This document shows, piece by piece, positions 47,197 to 56,435 of a stretch of DNA of 64,000 bases. The stretch lies in IMG/VR virus record IMGVR_UViG_3300047550_002841, positions 869 through 64,868 of that record, one strand, 5' to 3'. Both the position numbers and the translations under genes were made by a program. Each line of letters begins with the position of its first letter. Position 1 is the stretch's first letter. The notes beneath the pieces were generated by a model. That model was not told the DNA's origin. It worked only from the letters and a program-made list of their open reading frames with translations, and did no database searches. This stretch comes from a virus (taxonomy: Duplodnaviria; Caudoviricetes).

Positions 47197-47391
47197 ATGA
47201 GCAACAATAAACAAATCATGAAAAACTTTATTATCGTACTCTCAACAATCCTTAGCGGATTGCTCTACGGATGGTGCATTGTGCACTATCCCATCACTGC
47301 ACAGATCATCGCTGGAGGCATGGGCTTGTCCTTTCTCTTCGTGATAATGATCGCCTTTTACTCACTGGAAAATAAAAATGAAAATGACTAA
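47197..47391 (+). CDS. MSNNKQ cassette protein 8 (two TM helices)
   Basis: MSNNKQIMKNFIIVLST; two hydrophobic segments. Confidence 0.7.
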   Translation: MSNNKQIMKNFIIVLSTILSGLLYGWCIVHYPITAQIIAGGMGLSFLFVIMIAFYSLENKNEND

Positions 47392-47950
47392 TAACAATCA
47401 ACAACTTGACCTATTCGATGGTATCGAGAACAAAGATTTCTTGGAATACCACAAGACCAATCCACACCTTTACGATGCATTTAAAGCAGTAGCTTTTGAT
47501 GCAATGAAAATGGGCTTTAAAACTTATGGTGCCAACGGCATTTTTGAAATCATTCGCTGGAAGCGTGCTGAGCGTGGTGACGGTGAGTTCAAAATCAACA
47601 ACAACTTCGCTCCGCTTTTTGCTCGACTCTTTGCCAATGAGTTCCCTCAGTATTCTAGTTTTTTCAGATACCGCAAATCAAAGTTTTCGGAGTATCTCAA
47701 ATCACTACCCATGCAAGAAAAACGCATGCATGAGTTAGTATTCTTCTATGAAAACGCCTCGTTTGTTTTGACCATAGCTCCCACTGAAGATGATTGGTGG
47801 ACTACCGTAAATGTAACTGAAAATGGGCGAACTTTTTTCTTTGATGTCCACTATTGTGAAGACTACAACGAAATCTGCGTTTATCCTTACAACGGCAAAC
47901 ACACCACAGAAAGTTATATCAAAGCAATTTATACTCAAAAGATCATATGA
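47378..47950 (+). CDS. Hypothetical two-domain protein with QLDLF motif
   Basis: MTNNNQQLDLF...YHKTNPHLY...IFEIIRW...FKINNNF...ARL domain followed by a second domain. Confidence 0.65.
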   Translation: MKMTNNNQQLDLFDGIENKDFLEYHKTNPHLYDAFKAVAFDAMKMGFKTYGANGIFEIIRWKRAERGDGEFKINNNFAPLFARLFANEFPQYSSFFRYRKSKFSEYLKSLPMQEKRMHELVFFYENASFVLTIAPTEDDWWTTVNVTENGRTFFFDVHYCEDYNEICVYPYNGKHTTESYIKAIYTQKII

Positions 47951-48028
47951 ACATAGCATATCGGTTTGCCATTCCTACAGATTACTGCCTTTATCAAGGC
48001 AATGTAACACTACCAATACGAATTAAAT

Positions 48029-48160
48029 ATGTTTACAATTTTGCGGTATATCTTCAGGAATAAACCTCACAAGGAGTTTCTTGTCCTTGAGACTGCTATG
48101 ATTATCTATTACAGTCTTTGGGCAATAGGCATCTATGTGCTATACAGATTAATTCTATGA
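48029..48160 (+). CDS. Small membrane protein (43 aa)
   Basis: MFTILRYIF...YSLWAIGIYVLYRLIL; ATGA overlap with the next gene. Confidence 0.4.
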   Translation: MFTILRYIFRNKPHKEFLVLETAMIIYYSLWAIGIYVLYRLIL

Positions 48161-48489
48161 CTCAACTTAAGATTAGAAAAAAGAATGTTGAAGTAATCAA
48201 CATTGTCTTGAGTAGTGAGCAGTACACAAAGTTAAAGAAGCTGGCTGATGAGAATGGTTTTTCATCGCCAGCTAATTTAATTGATGATATCGTTCACTCT
48301 TATTTTAATAAGCACCGAACTAGAATTCGCAAAACCGTGGAGGAGTACGAGAAATCCATTAAAATGCCAGTGCAGATATCACAGAATAACTGGCACATGC
48401 TATCACGCTACTCTGAATCTACCAAAATATCAAAGGGAACCTTTATACATTTAATACTACGAGAGATAATTAAAAAAATACCAAAATGA
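48157..48489 (+). CDS. Tandem ribbon-helix-helix DNA-binding protein
   Basis: Two strand-helix-helix units (INIVLSSEQYTKLKKLA..; MPVQISQNNWHMLSRYS..); coupled to the recombinase. Confidence 0.55.
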   Translation: MTQLKIRKKNVEVINIVLSSEQYTKLKKLADENGFSSPANLIDDIVHSYFNKHRTRIRKTVEEYEKSIKMPVQISQNNWHMLSRYSESTKISKGTFIHLILREIIKKIPK

Positions 48490-49175
48490 AACGAGCCGCT
48501 TTTTATACGCGTGTGAGCCACGACAATCAAGTCGAAGATGGATCATCATTAGAAAACCAAAAAGATCGCATAGAAGCGTTCTGTAAGCTAAATAACTACT
48601 CTATAGTAGCATCATTCTCTGACCCCGGAGTCTCTGGTCGTAAGTTTGAAAACAGACCAGAGTTTATGAAGATGATGAAACTCGTAGAGAAAAAACAAAT
48701 CGATGTAATTGTAGTCTATAGTCTATCTCGTTTCGGTAGAAACCTAAAGGATACTTTGAAATGGATATCTTTTCTAGAAAGTAAGGGCGTTTCGTTCTAC
48801 ACATTAGACTTTCAAATAGACACATCTACTTCTCATGGTAAACTTATGCTTCAGATGATGGGAGCCTTTGCTGAATTTGAAAGCAACCAGCGTGGGGAAT
48901 TGATTTCATCTGTGATGAAGTACCTGAAAAAAGAACAGAAAGTTTATTGCGGTCCTACACCTTTAGGGTTTCACAAGAAAAATGGATCTTTGATTGTGGA
49001 TGAAGAAGAAATGAAAATAGTTAAAACTATCTTCAGCTGGAAGAATACTATGCCACACTCTACCATTGCTAGACTTTGCAATGATATGGGGTTTCAGACC
49101 AAGAAAGGCAAGAAGTTCTATCACACCACCATTGATAAAATCGTAAACAATAATATCTATGAACAACATCTTTGA
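48486..49175 (+). CDS. Serine recombinase (resolvase/invertase catalytic domain with short C-terminal DNA-binding domain)
   Basis: YTRVS (catalytic Ser), D.GVSGR..NRP, SRFGRN and AEFE motifs; 229 aa, lacks the Zn-ribbon/coiled-coil of large serine integrases. Confidence 0.92.
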   Translation: MKRAAFYTRVSHDNQVEDGSSLENQKDRIEAFCKLNNYSIVASFSDPGVSGRKFENRPEFMKMMKLVEKKQIDVIVVYSLSRFGRNLKDTLKWISFLESKGVSFYTLDFQIDTSTSHGKLMLQMMGAFAEFESNQRGELISSVMKYLKKEQKVYCGPTPLGFHKKNGSLIVDEEEMKIVKTIFSWKNTMPHSTIARLCNDMGFQTKKGKKFYHTTIDKIVNNNIYEQHL

Positions 49176-49365
49176 GATTTATGATGCTCGTATTGTACAA
49201 GGAGTTACAAACGAGAAACGAGATTATCGTTTGTATGTAAATCAAACCCTAATCGAAAAGCATAGCACCATGGAAGAGGCTATCAAACAACTATATCAAA
49301 TTCAAGAACAGATCAATGAAAAAAGAAACAATAAGAATATATTCAACTTCCGGTTTTGTTTTTGA
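49159..49365 (+). CDS. Hypothetical protein
   Basis: 68-aa ORF overlapping both neighbours. Confidence 0.5.
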   Translation: MNNIFEIYDARIVQGVTNEKRDYRLYVNQTLIEKHSTMEEAIKQLYQIQEQINEKRNNKNIFNFRFCF

Positions 49366-49612
49366 TATCAGTTACCAATGGGTCATGGAGCACATGGGTA
49401 TAAAAGACCATAGCAAAACAAAAACTCTCGAGGTAATTGAATATCTTCGCAGACTCTCTTGGTATGAAATCCTACCAGTTCTTAAACTAGTAGCAGTTAT
49501 TGAGGAAGACTGTGCCGATACTTTGAATGCTTGTGTATTCGATGTTGTCGAAGACCCATTTAATTATCCCATCACCAAAAAGAAAGCACTGCAATTAAAA
49601 CTAAACTCATGA
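49316..49612 (+). CDS. Hypothetical protein
   Basis: 98-aa ORF. Confidence 0.5.
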   Translation: MKKETIRIYSTSGFVFDISYQWVMEHMGIKDHSKTKTLEVIEYLRRLSWYEILPVLKLVAVIEEDCADTLNACVFDVVEDPFNYPITKKKALQLKLNS

Positions 49613-49971
49613 ATGACGATCAAATTTTACTCTACACAATCGCTGAAATTTTACTAGAAGTAAACTTATCAGAAGAAAAGAAACAACGCATACGAGATGC
49701 TATGTGCGGTGTATACGCACGCACGCCTGAACCGCAACCCAAAACCAAAAGGTTTGAAGTACCAGCAATCTCCGATGTTAAAGCTCACATGGACACCCTA
49801 CAGGTGGCTAATGCCGAAAAACACTCAGCTGAGTTTTGGCATTTTTATGAGTCCAAGGGATGGATGGTTGGCAAAAATAAAATGAAAAACTGGAAGTCAG
49901 CAGCCAGTAGATGGTGTATTGAGTTACCAAGAACCTCAGGTGATAATCAAAAGAAAAGAATTGTGGTATGA
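49609..49971 (+). CDS. Replication initiator/helicase-loader-like protein
   Basis: FWHFYESKGWMVGKNKMKNWKSAA motif seen at the C-terminus of phage replication proteins; directly precedes the primase-helicase. Confidence 0.6.
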   Translation: MNDDQILLYTIAEILLEVNLSEEKKQRIRDAMCGVYARTPEPQPKTKRFEVPAISDVKAHMDTLQVANAEKHSAEFWHFYESKGWMVGKNKMKNWKSAASRWCIELPRTSGDNQKKRIVV

Positions 49972-51668
49972 GTTATGCATCGGAGTTCAGCAGATTAAAT
50001 ATTGATTTAAAAGGTAAGTTCTCGGGGGTTCTGAAAACCCAGTGCCCAAGATGTTCATCTACTAGAAAGAAAACTGGAGATCCATCGTTGTCAGTGAACA
50101 TCGATGAAGGGTTGTATAAATGCCACCACTGTCAGTGGAAAGGAACTGTGGTCGAGCAAAAGTACAACCGCCCCGAAAAGGTTGGAGATAAAGTCGATGA
50201 AAGCATTTACAAGTACTTCTTGGACCGTGGCTTAAGCCAAGCAACAGTCGACCATTTCAAAGTCACTCAGAGCATTGAGAGGATGGCTGATGGCAAACAG
50301 CACAAAGTAATTAACTTTAATTATTTTGATGGTTCCATTCTAGTGAATGTCAAGTACAAGAGTAGAGACAAACAATTTAAAATGGTACAGGGAGCAAAGA
50401 AGATCCCTTACAATCTCAATTCCATTAAAGAATCGCCACAAATTATTATTTGCGAAGGTGAGGAAGAGGCTATGGTATGGCATGAAGCAGGCTATCCTTT
50501 TGCGGTCAGCTGTCCTGCTGGAGCCAATGTTGGTAACAACAACTTAGAATGGCTCGACAACACTTACAGTTTCTTTGAGAACAAAAAGATTTATCTAGCC
50601 ACTGACAACGACACGCCCGGGAAGAAACTGAAGGAGGATTTGTCAAGACGGTTTGATGCAGACAATGTTTACATCATTGAGTTTGGTGAGGTTAAAGATG
50701 CCAACGATTATTTAAAAGCGTACGGCAAGGAATCTTTGATTCTTATATTTGAAAATGCAAAACCACTACCCATCCCAGAGATTTCTACTGTTGACAATTT
50801 CATGGATGAACTCATCAGTATATACGACAATGGTTACCCAGTCGGAGACTCTGTTGGTTATCCTGAGTTTGATGATCTTTTAACTTGGAAACGAGGTCAG
50901 TTTGTAGTTGTATCGGGAGTCCCCGGCTCAGGAAAATCTACATTTGTAGATCAAGTATGCATTCGTTTAGCCTTGCGAAAAAACTGGAAGTTTGCAATGT
51001 TTTCCCCTGAAAACGACAATGTCCTCAAAAGTATACGCATGGCTGAACAAATTGTGGGCAAGCCTATCGCAGGTGACATACAACGCAGGATGTCTAAGGA
51101 CATATACATGCGTGCTCTCACCTATATAAATCGTCACTTTTCTTTCTATGATACTGCCAACTTGGATGATTTTAAAATCGACAACTTATTACGCATTGCT
51201 AAATCTTTGATTAGACAAAAAGGTGTTGATGCTATCATTCTTGATCCATTCAATTACATTGAGCAAGACTCGAATAATGATATCATGAATGAAAAGATTG
51301 GTCGCATGCTGGTGAAAATGAAAAAGTTTGCCTTGACTAACAAAGTTCTAGTTTTACTAGTGGCTCACCCAAAGAAGATGCAAAAGAATAAAAACAATGG
51401 GCAGTATGAAATACCACGACTCTATGACATTAGCGGATCGCACCACTTCTTTAATGTTACTGACAATGGATTTGTAGTACATCGTGACTTTGACACTGGA
51501 CTTGTAGATGTCTATGTGCAGAAAGTTAAGCATTACTTCATGGGCAAACTTGGCTACGCAACTTTTGATTTTGATCCGCAGACAGGCAGATACAAAGAAC
51601 AAACACAGTATTGGGAAAACGAATTAGAAAACAATGATCAAGCCGAATTCTTTACTGGCCTTACTTAA
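49968..51668 (+). CDS. Bifunctional primase-helicase (T7 gp4/Twinkle-like)
   Basis: Zn finger CPRC...CHHC; TOPRIM CEGE...DND.PG, KDAND; Walker A GVPGSGKS; ILDP; VAHP; SGS. Confidence 0.95.
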   Translation: MSYASEFSRLNIDLKGKFSGVLKTQCPRCSSTRKKTGDPSLSVNIDEGLYKCHHCQWKGTVVEQKYNRPEKVGDKVDESIYKYFLDRGLSQATVDHFKVTQSIERMADGKQHKVINFNYFDGSILVNVKYKSRDKQFKMVQGAKKIPYNLNSIKESPQIIICEGEEEAMVWHEAGYPFAVSCPAGANVGNNNLEWLDNTYSFFENKKIYLATDNDTPGKKLKEDLSRRFDADNVYIIEFGEVKDANDYLKAYGKESLILIFENAKPLPIPEISTVDNFMDELISIYDNGYPVGDSVGYPEFDDLLTWKRGQFVVVSGVPGSGKSTFVDQVCIRLALRKNWKFAMFSPENDNVLKSIRMAEQIVGKPIAGDIQRRMSKDIYMRALTYINRHFSFYDTANLDDFKIDNLLRIAKSLIRQKGVDAIILDPFNYIEQDSNNDIMNEKIGRMLVKMKKFALTNKVLVLLVAHPKKMQKNKNNGQYEIPRLYDISGSHHFFNVTDNGFVVHRDFDTGLVDVYVQKVKHYFMGKLGYATFDFDPQTGRYKEQTQYWENELENNDQAEFFTGLT

Positions 51669-51942
51669 ACACCTAGTAAAGCAGAAATATGACATAGATC
51701 ACATAAATGTGAATCCTGTTCTGATGCCAAAGATTCAAGTACTCTTTCAGCGTATCAAAGCGTACGAGGTTCGCTCCTTCAAAGACTATGTGATTATTTA
51801 TATTGACACAAAACCAATCGTCATAAAAAGCTATGGCTGGTTGCGTGCTCATGGTTCTTATGAACCCATCTTGATAGATCCGGTGACCCGAACTATTTAT
51901 ACCCAAATGATAATTAAATACAATGAGAACAGTAGTTTATGA
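51634..51942 (+). CDS. Hypothetical protein
   Basis: 102-aa ORF between the helicase and polymerase. Confidence 0.5.
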   Translation: MIKPNSLLALLKHLVKQKYDIDHINVNPVLMPKIQVLFQRIKAYEVRSFKDYVIIYIDTKPIVIKSYGWLRAHGSYEPILIDPVTRTIYTQMIIKYNENSSL

Positions 51943-53776
51943 TATAGAAATATTCCAAAACTTTTTTTCGTACACGGACATTGATGTTAAAACATTAGAG
52001 ACAAATGTGTTTGTTGTTCACGAAAGCCAAAATATGATAGACAAACTCTACGAGTATCTAGTAGAGCCCAAGTACCGAATTGGTTACAACAATGTACATT
52101 TTGATAGGGTGGTTTGTGATTTTATCACTGACAACTATGAAAAGTGGAAGAAGATTCCCATTCGTTCTGCACTTTTGAATTTGTATCAAATGACTCAGTC
52201 ATTGATCAAGAGTGAAACCAAAGAGTTCTATCGAGGTAATACTGAGATTGATTTATTCTTATTGAACCACTACAACAATAAGAACAGGTCCACATCGCTA
52301 AAAGCATTACAGTGCAGTATCTTTTGGGAGAATGTTCAAGACATGCCCTTCGAGCACAGCGTAGAAGTTACTGAGGACATGATTGAAGAGATCCTCAGCT
52401 ACAACATGAATGATGTGCTAAGTACCAAAAAGTTCTATGAATTGAATCTTGACAAGCTATCCTTCAGAAGAGAGCTGGGTAAGAAGTACAAAAAGTTCAT
52501 GCTCAACATGCCAGACATTGCAATCGGTGAGGAGATTTTCTTGCACGAGATCCGAAAGCAATCAGGCATTCGTAAGAATGAGCTGAAAGAAAAGGTATCA
52601 TACGATAAAACAGTTGATTTAGGTAAATGTATTCTGCCTTATGTACAGTTTGAAAGTGAGCCGTTTAAGCAGTTGCTAGAAAAGATTAAGTGGACTGTAG
52701 TGTCTGACACCCAAAAATTAAAATACAATGTCAAGTACAAAGGCTTTCACTTTTTTTATGGCGTAGGTGGGATTCATGGTTGCATTCCTCCCGGCATTTA
52801 CGTTCGTGATGACAACTATGTCATCCTTGACTTTGATGTGAAGTCTTACTATCCCAACTTAGCCATACAAAATAATCTGTATCCCAAGCATATCCCTCGG
52901 GAGGTATTCATTACTACCTACAACTCGATCTTTGAAAAGCGTGTGCTTGCTCAAAAACAAAAAGACTCTACGCAAGATGCAGGTTTAAAACTAGCGTTGA
53001 ATGGTGTGTTCGGTAAAACTGGTGAAGTTAACTCAGCATTCTTTGATCGTTACTACTTTTATAGTATCACCTTGAATGGTCAGCTCTCACTTACTATGTT
53101 GTCTGAGAAGTATATGAATCATATACAGGGGCTTCAGATTCTACAGATCAATACAGATGGTGTGACTGTGCGTGTTCCCAAAAAGGCTTTAGCCTTGCTA
53201 GACAAAATCAACGAAGACTTTATGGCACAGACTGGGTTGATCCTTGAGTCTTCAGAATACGAAAAGATAATTATCCGTGATGTAAACAATTATTTAGCGA
53301 TCTCAGTAGATGGAAAAATCAAAAAGAAAGGTATCTTTGAAACCCAAAAGGAATTTCATAAAGACAATTCTTTTCTAATTGTACCAAAAGCTTTAGAACA
53401 ATACTACGTTAATAATATCCCAGTCCAAGAAACAATTAAAGCATCTAAAAACATTTATGATTTTTGTGGCAGATATAAAGCGTATAAAGGCTGGTCAGCA
53501 GTTTTCAATTCGTCCGAAGAGGGAGAGGTTACTCAGAAAAATTACGGTAAAGTTCTGCGATATTATCCGTGCACCCAAGGCGGTGGAACGAGTTGGAAAG
53601 TAAACGTAGACGGTCGCATACACAATCTTCTAGCCAATCAAGCCACTGTTTTATTCAATCACTATTTCCCTGTAGATGACTTTGAACTTTACCATGTAAA
53701 CTACGAATTCTTTGTTAACGAATGCTATAAAATTATCAACGAAGTTGAACCTAAACAATTATCCTTTAACTTTTAA
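51923..53776 (+). CDS. DNA polymerase, family B, with 3'-5' exonuclease
   Basis: Exo motifs YDIE, GYNNVHFD, YNMNDV; polymerase motifs DVKSYYPN, KLALNGVFGK, NTDG, VNNY. Confidence 0.95.
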   Translation: MRTVVYDIEIFQNFFSYTDIDVKTLETNVFVVHESQNMIDKLYEYLVEPKYRIGYNNVHFDRVVCDFITDNYEKWKKIPIRSALLNLYQMTQSLIKSETKEFYRGNTEIDLFLLNHYNNKNRSTSLKALQCSIFWENVQDMPFEHSVEVTEDMIEEILSYNMNDVLSTKKFYELNLDKLSFRRELGKKYKKFMLNMPDIAIGEEIFLHEIRKQSGIRKNELKEKVSYDKTVDLGKCILPYVQFESEPFKQLLEKIKWTVVSDTQKLKYNVKYKGFHFFYGVGGIHGCIPPGIYVRDDNYVILDFDVKSYYPNLAIQNNLYPKHIPREVFITTYNSIFEKRVLAQKQKDSTQDAGLKLALNGVFGKTGEVNSAFFDRYYFYSITLNGQLSLTMLSEKYMNHIQGLQILQINTDGVTVRVPKKALALLDKINEDFMAQTGLILESSEYEKIIIRDVNNYLAISVDGKIKKKGIFETQKEFHKDNSFLIVPKALEQYYVNNIPVQETIKASKNIYDFCGRYKAYKGWSAVFNSSEEGEVTQKNYGKVLRYYPCTQGGGTSWKVNVDGRIHNLLANQATVLFNHYFPVDDFELYHVNYEFFVNECYKIINEVEPKQLSFNF

Positions 53777-53779
53777 ATT

Positions 53780-54280
53780 ATGACTATTCACGATTACACT
53801 CACGAAATGATCGAAGCTATTGTAAATACAGCGAAACTGGACTCATTAACCAAACATAAAATCGTCAGAAAAATTCATTCGATGAAAATCTACAAGGATT
53901 TTAGAACCAGAAAGTTAGAAGAAGTGAAACCTCAAAAACGCAAACGACCTTCGGCACCAATGAGTTACAACATATTGCCACCTTCGGTCAAGGAAGTAAT
54001 AAAACTAGCCTGTGAAAAACATGAAATTGATCTGCATGAATTCTGCAGTAACCGAAGACTAACCGATATAACTGATTGCCAAAGGCAAGTAATCTACTTA
54101 TTGCATAAGGAGTTTAAGTACAGCTGTACCAAAGTAGCATCATGGTTCATTAAAGATCATAGCACTATTCTCTACGCATGCAAGAAGCACAACGACCTAG
54201 TTGATACGAACCGCATGTATGCACGGTTGTATCAAGTCATTGTAGATCAGACCAGAGAGAAATCTATCTTTGTAATTTAA
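53780..54280 (+). CDS. DnaA domain-IV (C-terminal HTH)-like DNA-binding protein
   Basis: RQVIYLL...SCTKVASWFIKDHSTILYACKK resembles DnaA RQ.AMYL...G..FG.RDHTTV.HA. Confidence 0.8.
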   Translation: MTIHDYTHEMIEAIVNTAKLDSLTKHKIVRKIHSMKIYKDFRTRKLEEVKPQKRKRPSAPMSYNILPPSVKEVIKLACEKHEIDLHEFCSNRRLTDITDCQRQVIYLLHKEFKYSCTKVASWFIKDHSTILYACKKHNDLVDTNRMYARLYQVIVDQTREKSIFVI

Positions 54281-56102
54281 CATCGACCCATGTCTTAACA
54301 GCTTTGCCGTTAATCATCTGAATCATGGGGATCTTCTTGCTCATCAACTCAGGACCTCGATCTCGCTTTTTCTTTTCAAGAATCTGCTTATGAAATATCT
54401 CGCATGATACCATGGCATCTATGATGTCAGTGTTGTCTGCGAGATAATTCTTGGCTTCTTCAATAATCTCTGTGAAGAAAATACAGTCCCAGAATTTTCT
54501 CAAGTAATCGATGATGTATGAGTTACCTCTTTCAGTTGTCGCATCGCTCTTGTACCAACCGAATGTTCTGTCGCCACTATTAAATGCCTTGCCTAACAAT
54601 GTTTGTCTTGTAGCTAAGAGATCCAAACGGTTATGCTGTTTGTATTGATCTAGGATCACACCGCCTCGGTTGACCTCTATGTTGACTTTCGCTTTGCCAT
54701 AGTAATCCTGCAACAACATTGTGTTCTTCATAATGATATCTGGATCTAAAGCTCGCTCCTTATAGATCGCCACATATCTGTCAGTCTCTAAATCTTTGAT
54801 TACAGTACAGTTATCAGAACCATCATTTAGTTTTGCTGATACGAATGGAATCGGGTCCATACCGCCAATGTACTTATGCTCTGGGTTAAAGCGTTCGAGC
54901 ATTAAAATCTTTCCACTCTTACTAGGTTTGATTTCAATCTTACCCTCTAGCGTAGCAATTAGATCACACCTTTCGATAGGTGCTGGACTTGCCAAAAGAA
55001 TACGCTCTCTTTCCGTCAACTTGGACATTACATCTTGAGGCAATGCACCTTTTGCATTAGAAGTAAATACTTCTTGTATACTCAGTGGGTATTGCTTGAT
55101 AAATGATTCCAGATAACTTTTATCCTCTAACTTGTCTAGTTGATCCCTAGTCTTTACAATCCACTCTGTGGCGGCTTGCTCATCACTATGACCATTAGGG
55201 CAAAAGTTTAGTATCTTTCCAGTCTCTCTACCTTTTGAATCCAGTTCTGGGGCTCTCTGAATCCCCATCCACCCCGGTAGAAATACCGTAAGCATTTTAA
55301 TTACTTCAGCATTTTTCCAAAGTTCTGCTCCTTTTTTCTGTCCTTCTACAGAAGATTCCCCTGCACTACCTCCCATTACAATTGGGGCTACCTTTACAAA
55401 ACCGTCTTTTGTAGACGCTTGTGCTGATCGATAAACCTTATCTGCATAAGGATGCAAAAAGAACTCATCGAGAAAAACGTGCATTGCACGAAATGCTTCA
55501 AGTGAAGTAGGTTGTTCTACCGTATCACGAGTCACGATTTTAGAATCCAAACCAGCAATCTCTCCAGTAGCTTTGTCTAGCCTACCCATGTGAAGATAAC
55601 CAGTTTGTCTTGTACTGATAACCCCCGGTCTAAAGTACGAATCTATACCATCGAAAACTACACGGAGCTTATCTTTATACATCTCCTCCAATCGAGATTT
55701 ATCAGCAGATGTCAACAATGATGTTGAGCCGGGGTGAGTAAATGCAATCCAAATCGGTATCACACCGCCAAATGTCAATGACAAACCAGCTTCTCGTCTT
55801 TTAGTCACCATCAGGTCCCAGAAAGTATTTCTGGCTTCGTGATATGAACCATAGATTAGATCATCAAGATCACGCCAAACAGGTCGAATTCGTGTACCCA
55901 TGGCCGTCTTGATGTTAGCCTGAGTCAGCATGAAATAATGTGCCGCTTGTAAACCAAACCTACCTTCTGTCCAGTATTCTTTTTCTTTGCCCCACCACAG
56001 ATCCTTCTCCTTGTTGGTTGCATTTGGGTTTAACCCATACTTACTATACCATTTGTCGTAGACAAACTTAGATGCCTTTGGTTTTAAATTTACAATTTCC
56101 AT
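54264..56102 (-). CDS. terL: Terminase large subunit
   Basis: Walker A-like TKRREAGLS, Walker B VFLDE, nuclease GGMDP, IEVNRG and DIIDA. Confidence 0.85.
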   Translation of the reverse strand: MEIVNLKPKASKFVYDKWYSKYGLNPNATNKEKDLWWGKEKEYWTEGRFGLQAAHYFMLTQANIKTAMGTRIRPVWRDLDDLIYGSYHEARNTFWDLMVTKRREAGLSLTFGGVIPIWIAFTHPGSTSLLTSADKSRLEEMYKDKLRVVFDGIDSYFRPGVISTRQTGYLHMGRLDKATGEIAGLDSKIVTRDTVEQPTSLEAFRAMHVFLDEFFLHPYADKVYRSAQASTKDGFVKVAPIVMGGSAGESSVEGQKKGAELWKNAEVIKMLTVFLPGWMGIQRAPELDSKGRETGKILNFCPNGHSDEQAATEWIVKTRDQLDKLEDKSYLESFIKQYPLSIQEVFTSNAKGALPQDVMSKLTERERILLASPAPIERCDLIATLEGKIEIKPSKSGKILMLERFNPEHKYIGGMDPIPFVSAKLNDGSDNCTVIKDLETDRYVAIYKERALDPDIIMKNTMLLQDYYGKAKVNIEVNRGGVILDQYKQHNRLDLLATRQTLLGKAFNSGDRTFGWYKSDATTERGNSYIIDYLRKFWDCIFFTEIIEEAKNYLADNTDIIDAMVSCEIFHKQILEKKKRDRGPELMSKKIPMIQMINGKAVKTWVDVKLQR

Positions 56103-56105
56103 GTG

Positions 56106-56435
56106 TTACTTCTTTTTACTAGACGCTAATCGATCTGCAAGAGAACCTTCAGTTTCTGCAGGATCTTCCTCTTGCGATGGATATGCTTCTAGTTGTGCTA
56201 GTTTAAGACTCTTGTTAATCTTATCGCCAGCTTGCAACAACTGAAATAGTGCTTTAAAATATGGATCATCTAAATCAATAGTCTTAGATTTGACTCCATC
56301 CATTAACTGCCGTGAGGCAGATACTAATGTCGCATAAAAATCCTTCGCAGGATCAAACATTTGTGCTTGCAATCTTTCAATTGCTTCTTGTTCTGTAAGA
56401 TTCTCACTTGCCAGAAATTTCTTTAATTTGTCCAT
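56106..56435 (-). CDS. Putative terminase small subunit
   Basis: 109-aa helical protein immediately upstream of terL. Confidence 0.45.
   Translation of the reverse strand: MDKLKKFLASENLTEQEAIERLQAQMFDPAKDFYATLVSASRQLMDGVKSKTIDLDDPYFKALFQLLQAGDKINKSLKLAQLEAYPSQEEDPAETEGSLADRLASSKKK

Larger units (their letters stand above)
45405..47400 (+). repeat. Array of ~10 junction repeats GGAGGTAACAATGAGCAACAATAAACAA (MSNNKQ cassettes)
   Basis: Repeat ATGs at 45405, 45658, 45885, 46126, 46225, 46448, 46675, 46916 and 47197; degenerate copies at 46895 and 47384. Confidence 0.95.

Noticed and set aside
45405-47400. CRISPR array interpretation of the 28-bp repeats
   Set aside because: Intervening segments are about 70-250 bp, variable and protein-coding; the repeats are degenerate; no cas genes are present.
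48486-49175. Prophage integrase with att sites and flanking host DNA
   Set aside because: The protein is too short for a large serine integrase, lies mid-operon, and no host genes or att duplication are visible in the window.
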